The notes beneath the pieces were generated by a model. That model saw nothing but the letters and a program-made list of their open reading frames with translations. It was not told where the DNA came from and ran no database searches. From contig JAQWGI010000017.1 of the NCBI GenBank assembly GCA_029238315.1, forward strand, positions 105,698 to 169,697: a stretch of DNA of 64,000 nucleotides, written 5' to 3'. Positions 46,348-56,787 of the stretch are shown one piece after another (position 1 is the stretch's first letter; each line of letters begins with the position of its first letter). The stretch comes from Polaribacter sp. (lineage in GTDB: Bacteria; Bacteroidota; Bacteroidia; Flavobacteriales; Flavobacteriaceae). The position numbers were made by a program, and so were the translations under genes.

Positions 46348-48797
46348 TACAGACTCTTGTATTTTGTAGGGTTCGATTCATGCATCATTTCGTAAACCTT
46401 TTCAAAAACATCTTCAGAAGAAGGTTTAGAGAAGTAATCTCCATCTGTACCGTAAGCTGGTCTATGCGCTTTTGCTGTTAATGTTTGCGGTTTGCTATCT
46501 AAATATTGATATCCATTTTGGTTTTCTACAATTTCTTGTAATAAATATGCAGAAGCTCCGCCAGGTACATCTTCATCAACTACTAATAATCTATTTGTTT
46601 TTGCAATCGACTTTACCGTATCATGATTTACATCAAAAGGCAATAAACTTTGCGCATCAATAATTTCTACATTAATGTCAACTTGAGCTAATTCTTTAGC
46701 TGCTTCTTCAATTATTCTTAAAGTTGATCCGTAAGAAATTATAGTAATGTCTGTTCCTTCTTTAATCGTTTCTATTTCACCAATAGGAGTTTTAAAGGCT
46801 CCTAAATTGGTTGGTAATTCTTCTTTTAAACGATAGCCATTTAAACACTCTATAACCAAAGCTGGATCATCTCCTTCTAATAAAGTATTGTAAAACCCAG
46901 CTGCTTTTGTCATGTTTCTTGGAACCAAAACGTGAATTCCGCGAATGTTATTTATGATTCCGCCCATAGGAGATCCAGAATGCCAAATTCCTTCCAATCT
47001 GTGACCACGAGTTCTGATAATTAACGGCGCTTTTTGTTTACCAAAAGTTCGGTAACGCAACGTTGCTAAATCATCACTCATAATTTGTAAAGCGTACAAT
47101 AAATAATCTAAATATTGTATTTCTGCAATAGGTCTTAATCCACGCATTGCCATACCAATTCCTTGTCCTAAGATAGTTGCTTCTCTAATACCTGTATCAG
47201 AAACTCTCAGTTCTCCAAATTTTTCTTGCAAACCTTCTAAACCTTGATTTACATCACCAATATGACCAGCATCTTCACCAAAAATTAAAACTTCTGGGTG
47301 TTTTGCTAAAATGGCGTCAAAATTATCACGCATAATTACACGCGCGTCAACTAAGTTTTGTTTAGCTGCATAGGTTGGTTTTTCTTCGATAACGTTTTCT
47401 GTAGCTAGTGCCGTTTCACTTAATAAGTGTGATGAGTATTTTACCGCAGCATTATCAATTGAAGATTTTATAAAGTTCTGCAATTCAATTTTCTCAGCAA
47501 ATTCTTCATCTTTCAAGTAGCGTAATGTTTTACGGCAAGCGACTAAAATATCTTTTCTGATAGGTTCTGCAATTGCAGTTAAATCGTTTTTGTATTTTGT
47601 AATAAAAGTACCATTACTACTTTTATTAGCAATTTTTTCTAGTAGAGCTTCGGCAGTTGCAACCTCTGTTTTTATTTCATTTGTAAAAGCATTCCAAGCA
47701 TTTCTTTTTGCTAAAGAAACTTCTTTTTTTGCTTCTTTTTCAATGGCTTTTAATTCTTCTTCAGAATCGATAAATTTTAGCGTGTTTCCGTCTTCATCTT
47801 CAAGTTGAAATTCTAAAATCCATTTTCGCATTTGGTTTAAACAATCAAACTCTTGCTCCCATTGTAAACGTTCTGGAGATTTATATCTTTCGTGAGATCC
47901 AGAAGTAGAGTGCCCTTGCGGTTGTGTTAATTCTTTTACGTGAATTAAAACCGGAATGTGTTTTGTTCTCGCAATTTCTGATGCTTTATTGTAAACATCA
48001 ATTAATTGCACATAATCCCACCCGTTTACAACAAAAATCTCATATCCGTTTGTATCGTTTTCTTTTTGAAACCCTTTTAAAATTTCAGAGATACTTTCTT
48101 TTGTTGTTTGATGTTTTGCATGAACCGAAATTCCATATTCATCATCCCAAACATTCATCACCATTGGTACTTGTAAAACACCAGCAGCATTTATAGTTTC
48201 AAAAAATAGACCTTCAGAAGTACTTGCGTTACCAATTGTTCCCCAAGCAACTTCGTTTCCTTCATTAGAAAAATTTGTAAATTTTTCTAAACCTTTTACA
48301 TTTCTATAAATTTTAGAAGCTTGTGCTAAGCCTAATAGTCTCGGCATTTGACCAGCAGTTGGAGAAATATCTGCAGAAGAGTTTTTCTGTTTGGTTAAGT
48401 TTTTCCAATCTCCATTTTCATCTAAAGAATGCGTAGCAAAATGTCCGCCCATTTGACGACCAGCAGACATTGGTTCTACATTGATATCTGTGTGAGCGTA
48501 TAAGCCTGCAAAAAATTGTTGTGCAGTTAGTTGCTCAATTGCCATCATAAATGTTTGATCTCTGTAATAACCAGATCTAAAGTCTCCATTTTTAAAAGCT
48601 TTTGCCATTGCTAATTGCGGCACTTCTTTTCCGTCTCCGAAAATTCCGAATTTAGCTTTTCCTGTTAAAACTTCTCTACGTCCTAATAAGCTACATTCTC
48701 TACTAACACGTGCGATTCTATAATCGTTTAAAACTTCTTTTTTAAAATCGTTAAAAGATAAATTAGTAGAATTTGAAACGGCTGTATCTTGAGACAT
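46344..48797 (-). CDS. Fused E1 alpha/beta 2-oxoacid dehydrogenase (probably branched-chain)
   Basis: YYRDQ, GRQMGGHF, GHSTSG, GEDAG, IREATILG, PIAEIQY, HRLEGIWHS. Start moved to ATG 48797 because 48824 lies in the promoter. Confidence 0.9.
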   Translation of the reverse strand: MSQDTAVSNSTNLSFNDFKKEVLNDYRIARVSRECSLLGRREVLTGKAKFGIFGDGKEVPQLAMAKAFKNGDFRSGYYRDQTFMMAIEQLTAQQFFAGLYAHTDINVEPMSAGRQMGGHFATHSLDENGDWKNLTKQKNSSADISPTAGQMPRLLGLAQASKIYRNVKGLEKFTNFSNEGNEVAWGTIGNASTSEGLFFETINAAGVLQVPMVMNVWDDEYGISVHAKHQTTKESISEILKGFQKENDTNGYEIFVVNGWDYVQLIDVYNKASEIARTKHIPVLIHVKELTQPQGHSTSGSHERYKSPERLQWEQEFDCLNQMRKWILEFQLEDEDGNTLKFIDSEEELKAIEKEAKKEVSLAKRNAWNAFTNEIKTEVATAEALLEKIANKSSNGTFITKYKNDLTAIAEPIRKDILVACRKTLRYLKDEEFAEKIELQNFIKSSIDNAAVKYSSHLLSETALATENVIEEKPTYAAKQNLVDARVIMRDNFDAILAKHPEVLIFGEDAGHIGDVNQGLEGLQEKFGELRVSDTGIREATILGQGIGMAMRGLRPIAEIQYLDYLLYALQIMSDDLATLRYRTFGKQKAPLIIRTRGHRLEGIWHSGSPMGGIINNIRGIHVLVPRNMTKAAGFYNTLLEGDDPALVIECLNGYRLKEELPTNLGAFKTPIGEIETIKEGTDITIISYGSTLRIIEEAAKELAQVDINVEIIDAQSLLPFDVNHDTVKSIAKTNRLLVVDEDVPGGASAYLLQEIVENQNGYQYLDSKPQTLTAKAHRPAYGTDGDYFSKPSSEDVFEKVYEMMHESNPTKYKSLY

Positions 48798-48821
48798 AAT
48801 GATATAATTTTTAGACTTTTG

Positions 48822-48829
48822 CAAATGTA
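48822..48829 (-). promoter_or_regulatory. -7 element of the E1 gene
   Basis: TACATTTG on the minus strand. Confidence 0.6.
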
Positions 48830-48931
48830 GGTTTTTTGATTGAAATTTAAAAATATTTTATTTTGTTGAGAATATCGTAATTAAGAGTTGTATATTAACA
48901 AAAAAATACGAAATCAACAAAAAATAAACAT

Positions 48932-51730
48932 TTAAAGAAAGCCTCTTCTAAAAAAGTTATAAATTGTAGATGGTCTTGCAGTTAATACAAAGCGAATTTT
49001 AGAGAGATAGGCTTCTTGGGTAACTTCCCATCCATTATTAGAATACATTGGAAAGTAGATTTCTAAAATATTGTGAATAAAATTAAATCGGATTCCGTTT
49101 TCATAAGCAAAAAATACATCTTGCTCTTTGTTTTTTAGAAAAGCCACATCGTTATAATATTCTACCCAATTCCAAAGACCTATGCTAGAATTAAAAGACA
49201 TCATGTATTGATTAGCGAATCTAGTTGGTAGCACAGATTTGAATCCACCATCCTCAATAATTACTTGTTGGCTAAAAATCCCTGAGCTTTCAGATCTTCC
49301 AAAGTAGTTTTCTTCAAATAAATAATCTGAAGATCTGTCTAATCCAAAACTAAAATAATCTCCGCTAGTTTTATTGTTTAAAAAGAATCCGCCAAAAACA
49401 CGAAAATCTAACTGTCTGTTTTTTGCAGTAAGTTTTCGGTATCTAATATCCGTAGAAAACTTTGTGAAATTTGAAGAAATATCTGTGTTTACTTCATAAG
49501 AAATTCCTTCAATAATATTTGGTTTAGAATTGATATATTTTATATTTAAAACATTGTAAATGTCTTGTTCATTTGATATTGTTTCTTTTGCAGTTTCTTT
49601 ATGAATATTTACATATTTTACGGTTAAAGAATTACCACCTACGTCTCGGAGGCTTTTTCTTTTGAAAATAGTAGAAATATAGGGAGCAAAAACACCATAA
49701 GATAGTTCTGGTGCGTAATGAAAATTACTGGCAGAAACCCCATAGACAATATGTTGTATTTTTGAATTTTCAAAATACTGATTGTACATGATCGATGCTA
49801 AGCCAGTTAAAGTTTTACTTTTTGTAGCATAAGAAGGGACTAGTTTAAAAGAAAGATTTCTAGACAGGATGGGTTTATTGTGTAGTTTTAAGCCTAGGGT
49901 AACTCCATCATAAAAATTGTAACCTAATTCTGGTTGATAAAATAATTGATTGTAATATGGATCTTCGATGTCTTTAATTAGTTTTAATTGAATTGGTTTA
50001 TCTAGAACGCTTCTTTCAATGTTTTTCCAGTTATCCAGGGTGTTGTATTCTGGATATAATTGCTCGTAATTCAACGCTATTTTGTCAAAGTTGCCTTTTG
50101 CAATGGTAATTGTATTTGTAGAGTCAATTCCTGTAAGCCACTTTTTGAATCTAATTTTTTTGTTTTTTACACCATATAATGCAACTGGTGCGGTGATATT
50201 TCTTTTATTTTTAATGCTTATTTTTAAAGAGTCTGAGGTACTTTCTATTTTTTTAATTGTGTAATCAATTTTTTTATTGGTACGAATGTAATCTCCAAAA
50301 AACCACGTTAAATCTTTGTCTGTTTTTGATGAAATAATTTTATTAAAAACCTTGCTTGAACTTATTTTTAATTGATTGGTTGAATAAAATTCAGTAAAAC
50401 TTTCTTTGATAATAGAGTCGCCTAAATACCCTTTCAAATATTGTAAACCAAGACCAGCTTTGTATTTGTTGGCAATTTTTCTGTTGAAGTTAGATAAAGA
50501 ATCGAGACTTGTAGTTAGTGCTTGATCTAAAAATTTTCGTGCGCCAAACTGATATACAAATGGATATTTATCATTAAAATCTAACTTAGAAAAATTAAAA
50601 CTTCTTACTCCCCAAACTTTAGAAATAGTTCCTAATAATTTTACATCAGCATAGAATTCTTTTACATATTCAATCATTAAAAAGGTTTGAATCCCGTCTA
50701 TCAACCAATAATCTTTTCGTCTGTTTAAAAGCAAAGTGTTTTCTAAATATTTTCTAGTAATCGCTTTAAAATAAGTAATATCTCTGTCGAATACATCAGA
50801 AAATGGACTTAAAAATTTAGGCAATTGATTGAGGCCGTAAATTGGATTTTTGTTTTGAGAAACTTCATCCAGCAATAATTCTTTATGTGGATAAGGACCT
50901 AAATACTTTTCGATAAAAAAGAGTTCTCTGTTTAAAATATCTGAAGTTAATTTTTTGTTGATTCCTTTTGGTAAAACATCTGTAATTACATCAATTTTAT
51001 TTGTTTTGTAAGTTGTGTAATTGTTTATTTTGTTGATGCTTAAAATTATATCTGTTTTGTTGTTTCCAGATAAATTGTAAATAGAATTTTCTTTTTCCTG
51101 CGTTAAATTACTAGTTAGAAAATAATTATTTGGAACTTCAACTTTGATATTATAATTGGTAGGATTGATAAATAAATCGTCAGTATTTAAATTACTCATT
51201 AATTGCCATTCGTTTGTGAAAACAGCTGGAGTTAAATACCAATATCGCAGATGATAACCAGTTGCTGTTTTTCCATAACTTGTGAATTGAGAACTTGGAA
51301 TTTTAACTGTAAACGATGCTTTTATAACAATGGAATCCGCAGGTTTTAAAACCTTATTTAATTCGATTTTAAGAATGTCTTCTGCATCTTTTTGTGAAGT
51401 AAATTGAATACCTTCATAATCAACAGAAAGGTTTAAAATCTTACTAAAACCGCGTTCACTATCTTTTGCAAAATAGAGTGATTTGTCATAATCACCAATC
51501 AATCTTTTCGTTAAAGGTGTATTTTTATCTTTAAAACTATTTGCCCAATTATGAAGATATATTTCTTTCAAAGATTGGTTGGAGTTGTTGAAGTAAACTA
51601 TTTCTTGCTGAATTTTTAAAACATCATTTTTTTCATCTAAAACAGCATTGATTTTCATCGAATTTGTTTGGGCACAAATACGAGATAAGAATAATACTGG
51701 GAGGCAAAAAAATATTAACTTCAGTTTCAA
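48932..51730 (-). CDS. M1-aminopeptidase-like exported protein lacking the Zn motif, with a probable C-terminal beta-barrel
   Basis: Signal peptide, M1-like N-domain (YLHNWAN, WYLTP, LGPYP), WLIDGIQTF in place of WLNEG, then amphipathic beta-strands. Confidence 0.7.
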   Translation of the reverse strand: MKLKLIFFCLPVLFLSRICAQTNSMKINAVLDEKNDVLKIQQEIVYFNNSNQSLKEIYLHNWANSFKDKNTPLTKRLIGDYDKSLYFAKDSERGFSKILNLSVDYEGIQFTSQKDAEDILKIELNKVLKPADSIVIKASFTVKIPSSQFTSYGKTATGYHLRYWYLTPAVFTNEWQLMSNLNTDDLFINPTNYNIKVEVPNNYFLTSNLTQEKENSIYNLSGNNKTDIILSINKINNYTTYKTNKIDVITDVLPKGINKKLTSDILNRELFFIEKYLGPYPHKELLLDEVSQNKNPIYGLNQLPKFLSPFSDVFDRDITYFKAITRKYLENTLLLNRRKDYWLIDGIQTFLMIEYVKEFYADVKLLGTISKVWGVRSFNFSKLDFNDKYPFVYQFGARKFLDQALTTSLDSLSNFNRKIANKYKAGLGLQYLKGYLGDSIIKESFTEFYSTNQLKISSSKVFNKIISSKTDKDLTWFFGDYIRTNKKIDYTIKKIESTSDSLKISIKNKRNITAPVALYGVKNKKIRFKKWLTGIDSTNTITIAKGNFDKIALNYEQLYPEYNTLDNWKNIERSVLDKPIQLKLIKDIEDPYYNQLFYQPELGYNFYDGVTLGLKLHNKPILSRNLSFKLVPSYATKSKTLTGLASIMYNQYFENSKIQHIVYGVSASNFHYAPELSYGVFAPYISTIFKRKSLRDVGGNSLTVKYVNIHKETAKETISNEQDIYNVLNIKYINSKPNIIEGISYEVNTDISSNFTKFSTDIRYRKLTAKNRQLDFRVFGGFFLNNKTSGDYFSFGLDRSSDYLFEENYFGRSESSGIFSQQVIIEDGGFKSVLPTRFANQYMMSFNSSIGLWNWVEYYNDVAFLKNKEQDVFFAYENGIRFNFIHNILEIYFPMYSNNGWEVTQEAYLSKIRFVLTARPSTIYNFFRRGFL

Positions 51731-51802
51731 GTCGAAATTGATTTTTTAAAAATGATTGTACTTTATAAATAAATAAAAATCAAAAAAAGTATGCAACTGT
51801 TT

Positions 51803-52513
51803 TTAAAAGTTTGGTTTTAAACTGTATTTTGTATAGAACTTATTTAAATGATCTATCGCTTCATCTGCAGTATCAACAATTCTAAATAAATTTAAATCTT
51901 CTTCGCTAATATTTCCCTCAGCAATTAAAGTTTTTTTAATCCAATCTAACAAACCGCTCCAAAAATCTCTACCAACTAAAACTATTGGAAAACGACCAAT
52001 TTTTTTGGTTTGAATTAAAGTAATTGCTTCAAATAGTTCGTCCATTGTACCAAACCCACCGGGCATTACAACAAAACCTTGTGAGTATTTTACAAACATT
52101 ACTTTACGAACAAAGAAATAGTCAAATTCTAAATTCTTGTCATTGTCAATCCAAGGGTTGTCATGTTGCTCAAAAGGCAATTCAATATTTAAGCCAACAG
52201 AAGTTCCTTTTCCTTTATGAGCACCTTTATTTCCCGCCTCCATAATTCCGGGGCCACCACCAGTTATAACGCCAAATCCATTCTGAGTTAATTTAAATGC
52301 TACTTCTTCTGCTAGCTTATAGTAAGGGTCTTCTGGTTTTGTTCTTGCAGATCCAAATATAGATACACAGGGTCCAATTTTACTTAATTTTTCATAACCT
52401 TCTACAAACTCAGACATGATTTTAAATATGGCCCAAGAATCGTTTGTCTTTATTTGATTCCAGGTTTTTTTATCTAATTTTTCTCTTACTTTTCTATCTT
52501 CTTTCGGATTCAT
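51803..52513 (-). CDS. LOG-family nucleotide monophosphate nucleosidase (TIGR00730-like)
   Basis: SIFGSAR, TGGGPGIMEA, RKVMF, PGGFGTMDE. Confidence 0.92.
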   Translation of the reverse strand: MNPKEDRKVREKLDKKTWNQIKTNDSWAIFKIMSEFVEGYEKLSKIGPCVSIFGSARTKPEDPYYKLAEEVAFKLTQNGFGVITGGGPGIMEAGNKGAHKGKGTSVGLNIELPFEQHDNPWIDNDKNLEFDYFFVRKVMFVKYSQGFVVMPGGFGTMDELFEAITLIQTKKIGRFPIVLVGRDFWSGLLDWIKKTLIAEGNISEEDLNLFRIVDTADEAIDHLNKFYTKYSLKPNF

Positions 52514-52602
52514 AATCTATCTTCTTTTTTATTTTTTTAATACTATTTTGTTGTCTAAAGTAATTTTTCGGCAAACATGCTAAGTTAGTTCTTTTTTCAA
52601 TA

Positions 52603-52624
52603 TTTCGACTTCGCTCAGTATGAC
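52603..52624. repeat. Single REP-like arm
   Basis: TTTCGACTTCGCTCAGTATGAC is 16/22 identical to the reverse complement of 39590-39611. Confidence 0.55.
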
Positions 52625-52628
52625 ATTA

Positions 52629-55451
52629 TTATTTTAATTCCTTTTTCAAAAATTTAGCTGTGTAACTGGTTTTATGCTTTGCAATTTCTTCTGGTGTTCC
52701 TGTACATAAAACTTTTCCTCCTTTTTTACCGCCTTCCATACCAATATCTATAATATGATCTGCCAGTTTTACAACGTCTAAATTATGTTCTATAATTAAA
52801 ACGGTGTTTCCTTTGTCTGCCAACTTATTTAAAACGCCCATTAAAACTCTAATGTCTTCAAAATGCAATCCAGTTGTGGGTTCATCTAAAATGTAAAAAG
52901 TATTTCCGGTATCTCTTTTAGATAATTCTGTTGCTAATTTTATACGTTGAGCTTCTCCGCCAGAAAGCGTTGTAGATTGTTGTCCCAATGTAATATATCC
53001 TAAACCAACATCTTTAATGGTTTTTATTTTCCTGTGGATTTTTGGTACTTTTTCAAAAAACACAACAGCTTCATCAATTGTCATTCCTAAAACATCAGCA
53101 ATCGATTTTCCTTTGTAACGAATCTCTAACGTTTCTCTGTTAAAACGTTTTCCTTGGCAGGTTTCACATTCTACATGAACGTCAGGTAAAAAATTCATTT
53201 CAATAACTCGAACTCCGCCACCTTGACACGTTTCGCATCTTCCTCCAGTTACATTAAATGAAAATCTTCCAGGTTTGTAGCCTCTAATTGCAGCTTCTGG
53301 AGTTTTCGCAAATAAACTTCTTATTTCGCCAAAAGTTCCTGTGTACGTTGCCGGATTTGATCTTGGAGTTCTACCAATTGGAGATTGATCAATATCAATA
53401 ACCTTGTCTATGCTTTCTAGACCATTGATACTTTTATATGGCATTGGTTTTTTTACGCCACGATAAATATGAGCATTTAAAATAGGGTATAAAGTTTCGT
53501 TTATTAAAGTTGATTTTCCGCTTCCAGAAACTCCGGTAACGCAAATCATTTTTCCTAAAGGAAAATCTACAGAAACATTTTTTAAATTATTTCCGGTTGC
53601 GCCTTTTAATTCAATTTTATTTCCGTTTCCTTTTCTTCTTTTTGTAGGAACTGCAATTTCTTTTTTTCCTGTGATATAATCCGCAGTTAATGTGTCGTAC
53701 TTTTTTAATTCCTCGAAAGTTCCTTCGCTTACAATTTCTCCTCCGTGTCTTCCAGCACCAGGACCAATATCAAAAACAAAATCGGCATGTTCTATCATGT
53801 CTTTGTCGTGTTCTACAACTAAAACAGAGTTTCCGATATCTCGTAATTTAAGTAATGAATCAATTAGTTTCTGATTGTCTCTTTGATGCAATCCAATACT
53901 TGGTTCGTCTAAAATGTATAATACACCTACTAATTGCGAACCAATTTGAGTGGCTAAACGAATGCGTTGTGCTTCTCCACCAGATAAAGATTTTGAAGTT
54001 CTGTCTAGATTTAAGTAATCTAAACCTACATCTAGCAAAAACTGAATTCTAGTTCTAATCTCTTTTAATATTTCTCCAGCAATTTTCCGTTGTCTTTCTG
54101 ATAATTTCTTTTCGATATTGTCAAACCAAATAGCTAATTCTGTAACATCCATTTTAGCTAATTCGCTAATGTTTTTGTTTAAAATTTTAAAATACAGTGC
54201 TTCTTTTTTTAGACGATTTCCGTTACAGGTTGCACAAGAAACTTCATCCATAAAACCGTTTGCCCATCTTTTTATAGAGGTAGATTCGCTATTTTTATGT
54301 TGATTATTAATAAAAGCAATAATTCCTTCAAAATCAATTTCGTAATTTCTAGTTACGCCTGCCGTTTTAGAGGCAATGTCAAATTTCTCGTTTCCTCCGT
54401 TTAGAATTATGTCTAAGGCTTCTTTGGGTATTTTATTAATAGGATCGTTTAATTTAAAATTATAACGTTCTGCAATTAACTCTAACTGCTTAAAAATCCA
54501 ACTATTTTTTTGTGCTCCTAAAGGAATAATTCCCCCATTTTTTATGGAAGCTAAATCATCTGGAATTACCTTTTTAAGATTTACTTGATTTGTAATTCCT
54601 AAACCATTACATGAAGGGCAGGCGCCTTTAGGTGAATTAAATGAGAATGTGTTTGGTTCTGGATTAGGATATGCAATTCCGGTTGAGGGACACATTAGAT
54701 CTCTGCTAAAATATCTTGGATTATTGGTTTCTAAATCAATTACCATTAAAATATTATTACCTGTATACAAGGCTGTTTTTATAGTTTCTTCTAATCTTTT
54801 TTCAACGGAATTATTTACTGAAATTCTATCAATTACAACTTCAACATCATGTGTTTTGTATCTGTCTAAACGCATTCCTTTTGTAATTTCAACAATAACT
54901 CCATCTACTCGCACTTTTACAAATCCCTGTTTAGAAATTTGTTCAAAAAGTTCTCTGTAGTGTCCTTTTCTAGATTTTACAAGCGGTGCTAAAACGGCAA
55001 CTTTTTTAGTATTAAAATCAGATAGAATTAACTCTTTAATCTTTTCATCAGAGTAACTAACCATTTTTTCTTCTGTGTTAAAAGAATATGCATCAGCAGC
55101 CCTTGCATAAAGCAATCGTAAAAAGTCGTAAATTTCTGTAATTGTACCTACGGTAGAACGCGGACTCTTATTTGTAGTCTTTTGTTCAATAGAAATTACA
55201 GGAGAAAGTCCGTCAATTTTGTCAACATCAGGCCTTTCTAAACCTCCTAAAAATTGACGAGCATAGGCAGAAAAAGTTTCAATGTATCTTCGTTGTCCTT
55301 CGGCATAAATTGTGTCAAAGGCTAAAGAAGATTTTCCGCTACCGCTTAAACCCGTAATAACGACTAGTTTTTCTCGCGGAATTTTAACATCAATATTTTT
55401 TAAATTATGTGCTCTAGCTCCAAAGACTCCTATATATTCTTGTTGTTTCAA
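52629..55451 (-). CDS. uvrA: Excinuclease ABC subunit A
   Basis: Two Walker A motifs ([16 protein letters not shown]), two LSGGE signatures, Zn-finger CxxC pairs. TTG start. Confidence 0.97.
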   Translation of the reverse strand: MKQQEYIGVFGARAHNLKNIDVKIPREKLVVITGLSGSGKSSLAFDTIYAEGQRRYIETFSAYARQFLGGLERPDVDKIDGLSPVISIEQKTTNKSPRSTVGTITEIYDFLRLLYARAADAYSFNTEEKMVSYSDEKIKELILSDFNTKKVAVLAPLVKSRKGHYRELFEQISKQGFVKVRVDGVIVEITKGMRLDRYKTHDVEVVIDRISVNNSVEKRLEETIKTALYTGNNILMVIDLETNNPRYFSRDLMCPSTGIAYPNPEPNTFSFNSPKGACPSCNGLGITNQVNLKKVIPDDLASIKNGGIIPLGAQKNSWIFKQLELIAERYNFKLNDPINKIPKEALDIILNGGNEKFDIASKTAGVTRNYEIDFEGIIAFINNQHKNSESTSIKRWANGFMDEVSCATCNGNRLKKEALYFKILNKNISELAKMDVTELAIWFDNIEKKLSERQRKIAGEILKEIRTRIQFLLDVGLDYLNLDRTSKSLSGGEAQRIRLATQIGSQLVGVLYILDEPSIGLHQRDNQKLIDSLLKLRDIGNSVLVVEHDKDMIEHADFVFDIGPGAGRHGGEIVSEGTFEELKKYDTLTADYITGKKEIAVPTKRRKGNGNKIELKGATGNNLKNVSVDFPLGKMICVTGVSGSGKSTLINETLYPILNAHIYRGVKKPMPYKSINGLESIDKVIDIDQSPIGRTPRSNPATYTGTFGEIRSLFAKTPEAAIRGYKPGRFSFNVTGGRCETCQGGGVRVIEMNFLPDVHVECETCQGKRFNRETLEIRYKGKSIADVLGMTIDEAVVFFEKVPKIHRKIKTIKDVGLGYITLGQQSTTLSGGEAQRIKLATELSKRDTGNTFYILDEPTTGLHFEDIRVLMGVLNKLADKGNTVLIIEHNLDVVKLADHIIDIGMEGGKKGGKVLCTGTPEEIAKHKTSYTAKFLKKELK

Positions 55452-55475
55452 AAGTGAAAAATTTTAAGAAAAAAG

Positions 55476-55483
55476 CAAAGTTA
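55476..55483 (-). promoter_or_regulatory. -7 element of uvrA
   Basis: TAACTTTG on the minus strand, 24 nt before the TTG. Confidence 0.55.
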
Positions 55484-55561
55484 CACAAACCAATTTATTT
55501 TTTACTTAAAAGCTAATAGCAATTCATCTTTATGTATTATCTTGCGTTAACAATATTTTTT

Positions 55562-55789
55562 ATGACATTTATACACAACGTTAGACATTATTTTGAACGC
55601 CATGGTTTTGCTGTTTCCTCTAGATTAGCAGATAGATTGGGTATGCGTGCTTTAAATGTAAGATTGTTTTTTATCTACATTTCTTTTGTAACTGTTGGTT
55701 TGTCTTTTGCATTGTATTTAGTGCTTGCTTTTGTATTGCGATTAAAAGATATGATTTATACCAAACGAAGCTCAGTTTTTGATTTATAA
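55562..55789 (+). CDS. PspC-domain small membrane protein
   Basis: GFAVSSRLADRLG...VRLFFIY plus a TM. The start could be 55532 or 55562. Confidence 0.72.
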   Translation: MTFIHNVRHYFERHGFAVSSRLADRLGMRALNVRLFFIYISFVTVGLSFALYLVLAFVLRLKDMIYTKRSSVFDL

Positions 55790-56787
55790 TGAAAAGCTTA
55801 AAATCTAAATTTTATAAAGCGTTATTTTTTTTGCTATCTATTCTATCAATTGGAGTAGTTGGTTACATGACGTTGTCTGATTTTAATTTTATCGATGCGC
55901 TTTACATGACTGTAATAACCATTTCTACAGTTGGTTTTAGAGAGTTGCATCCAATGAATACAGAAGAAAAAGTTTTCACCATATTTCTAATTCTTACAAG
56001 TCTTTCTTTATTTGGTTATGCAGTTTCATCATTTACAGAAGCTTTAGCAAATGGAGAGTTTTTTAAACAATTAAAACGTAAAAAAGTGCAACAGAAAATA
56101 GATAAATTAAAACAACACACTATTGTTTGTGGTTATGGAAGAAATGGAATGCAAGCCATTAATAAACTAAGAAGTTATCAGCAAAAATTTGTAGTTGTAG
56201 AAAAAGACAAAGAATTGATAAGTACTCTTGAGCAAGAAGGTGTATTGTATATTGAAGGTGACGCCACAACAGATGAAGTGTTAGTAAAAGCAGGTATAGA
56301 GAACGCAAGCAACTTAATAACCGCTTTGCCTTCAGATGCAGATAATTTATTTGTGGTTTTAACCGCTAGTCAATTAAGTAATAATTGTAGAATTATTAGT
56401 AGAGCCTCCAATGAATCTTCTTACAGTAAATTAAAAATTGCAGGTGCTTCCAATGTTATAATGCCAGATAAATTAGGAGGCGCTCATATGGCATCATTAG
56501 TGGTTACACCAGATGTAATAGAATTTGTAGATCGTTTAACAATTGAAGGTGAGACAACTGCTAATTTAGAAGAGGTTGCCGTGAATGATTTACCAAAAGA
56601 ATATGTTGGAAAAACAATTTTAGATTTAGATTTAAGAAAAAAGACAGGTTGTTCTGTAATTGGTTTTAAGACTTCCGATGGCGATTACGTGATCAATCCA
56701 GAAGCTTCCATTAAGTTATTAGCAGATTCTATGTTAATTGTTCTTGGTAAGCCAGAACAAATTGTAAAACTCAGAAAATTGTTTTAA
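55789..56787 (+). CDS. Two-TM K+ channel with RCK (TrkA-N/TrkA-C) domains
   Basis: TM, pore helix DALYMTVITISTVGF, TM, then Rossmann motif IVCGYGRNG. Confidence 0.9.
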   Translation: MKSLKSKFYKALFFLLSILSIGVVGYMTLSDFNFIDALYMTVITISTVGFRELHPMNTEEKVFTIFLILTSLSLFGYAVSSFTEALANGEFFKQLKRKKVQQKIDKLKQHTIVCGYGRNGMQAINKLRSYQQKFVVVEKDKELISTLEQEGVLYIEGDATTDEVLVKAGIENASNLITALPSDADNLFVVLTASQLSNNCRIISRASNESSYSKLKIAGASNVIMPDKLGGAHMASLVVTPDVIEFVDRLTIEGETTANLEEVAVNDLPKEYVGKTILDLDLRKKTGCSVIGFKTSDGDYVINPEASIKLLADSMLIVLGKPEQIVKLRKLF

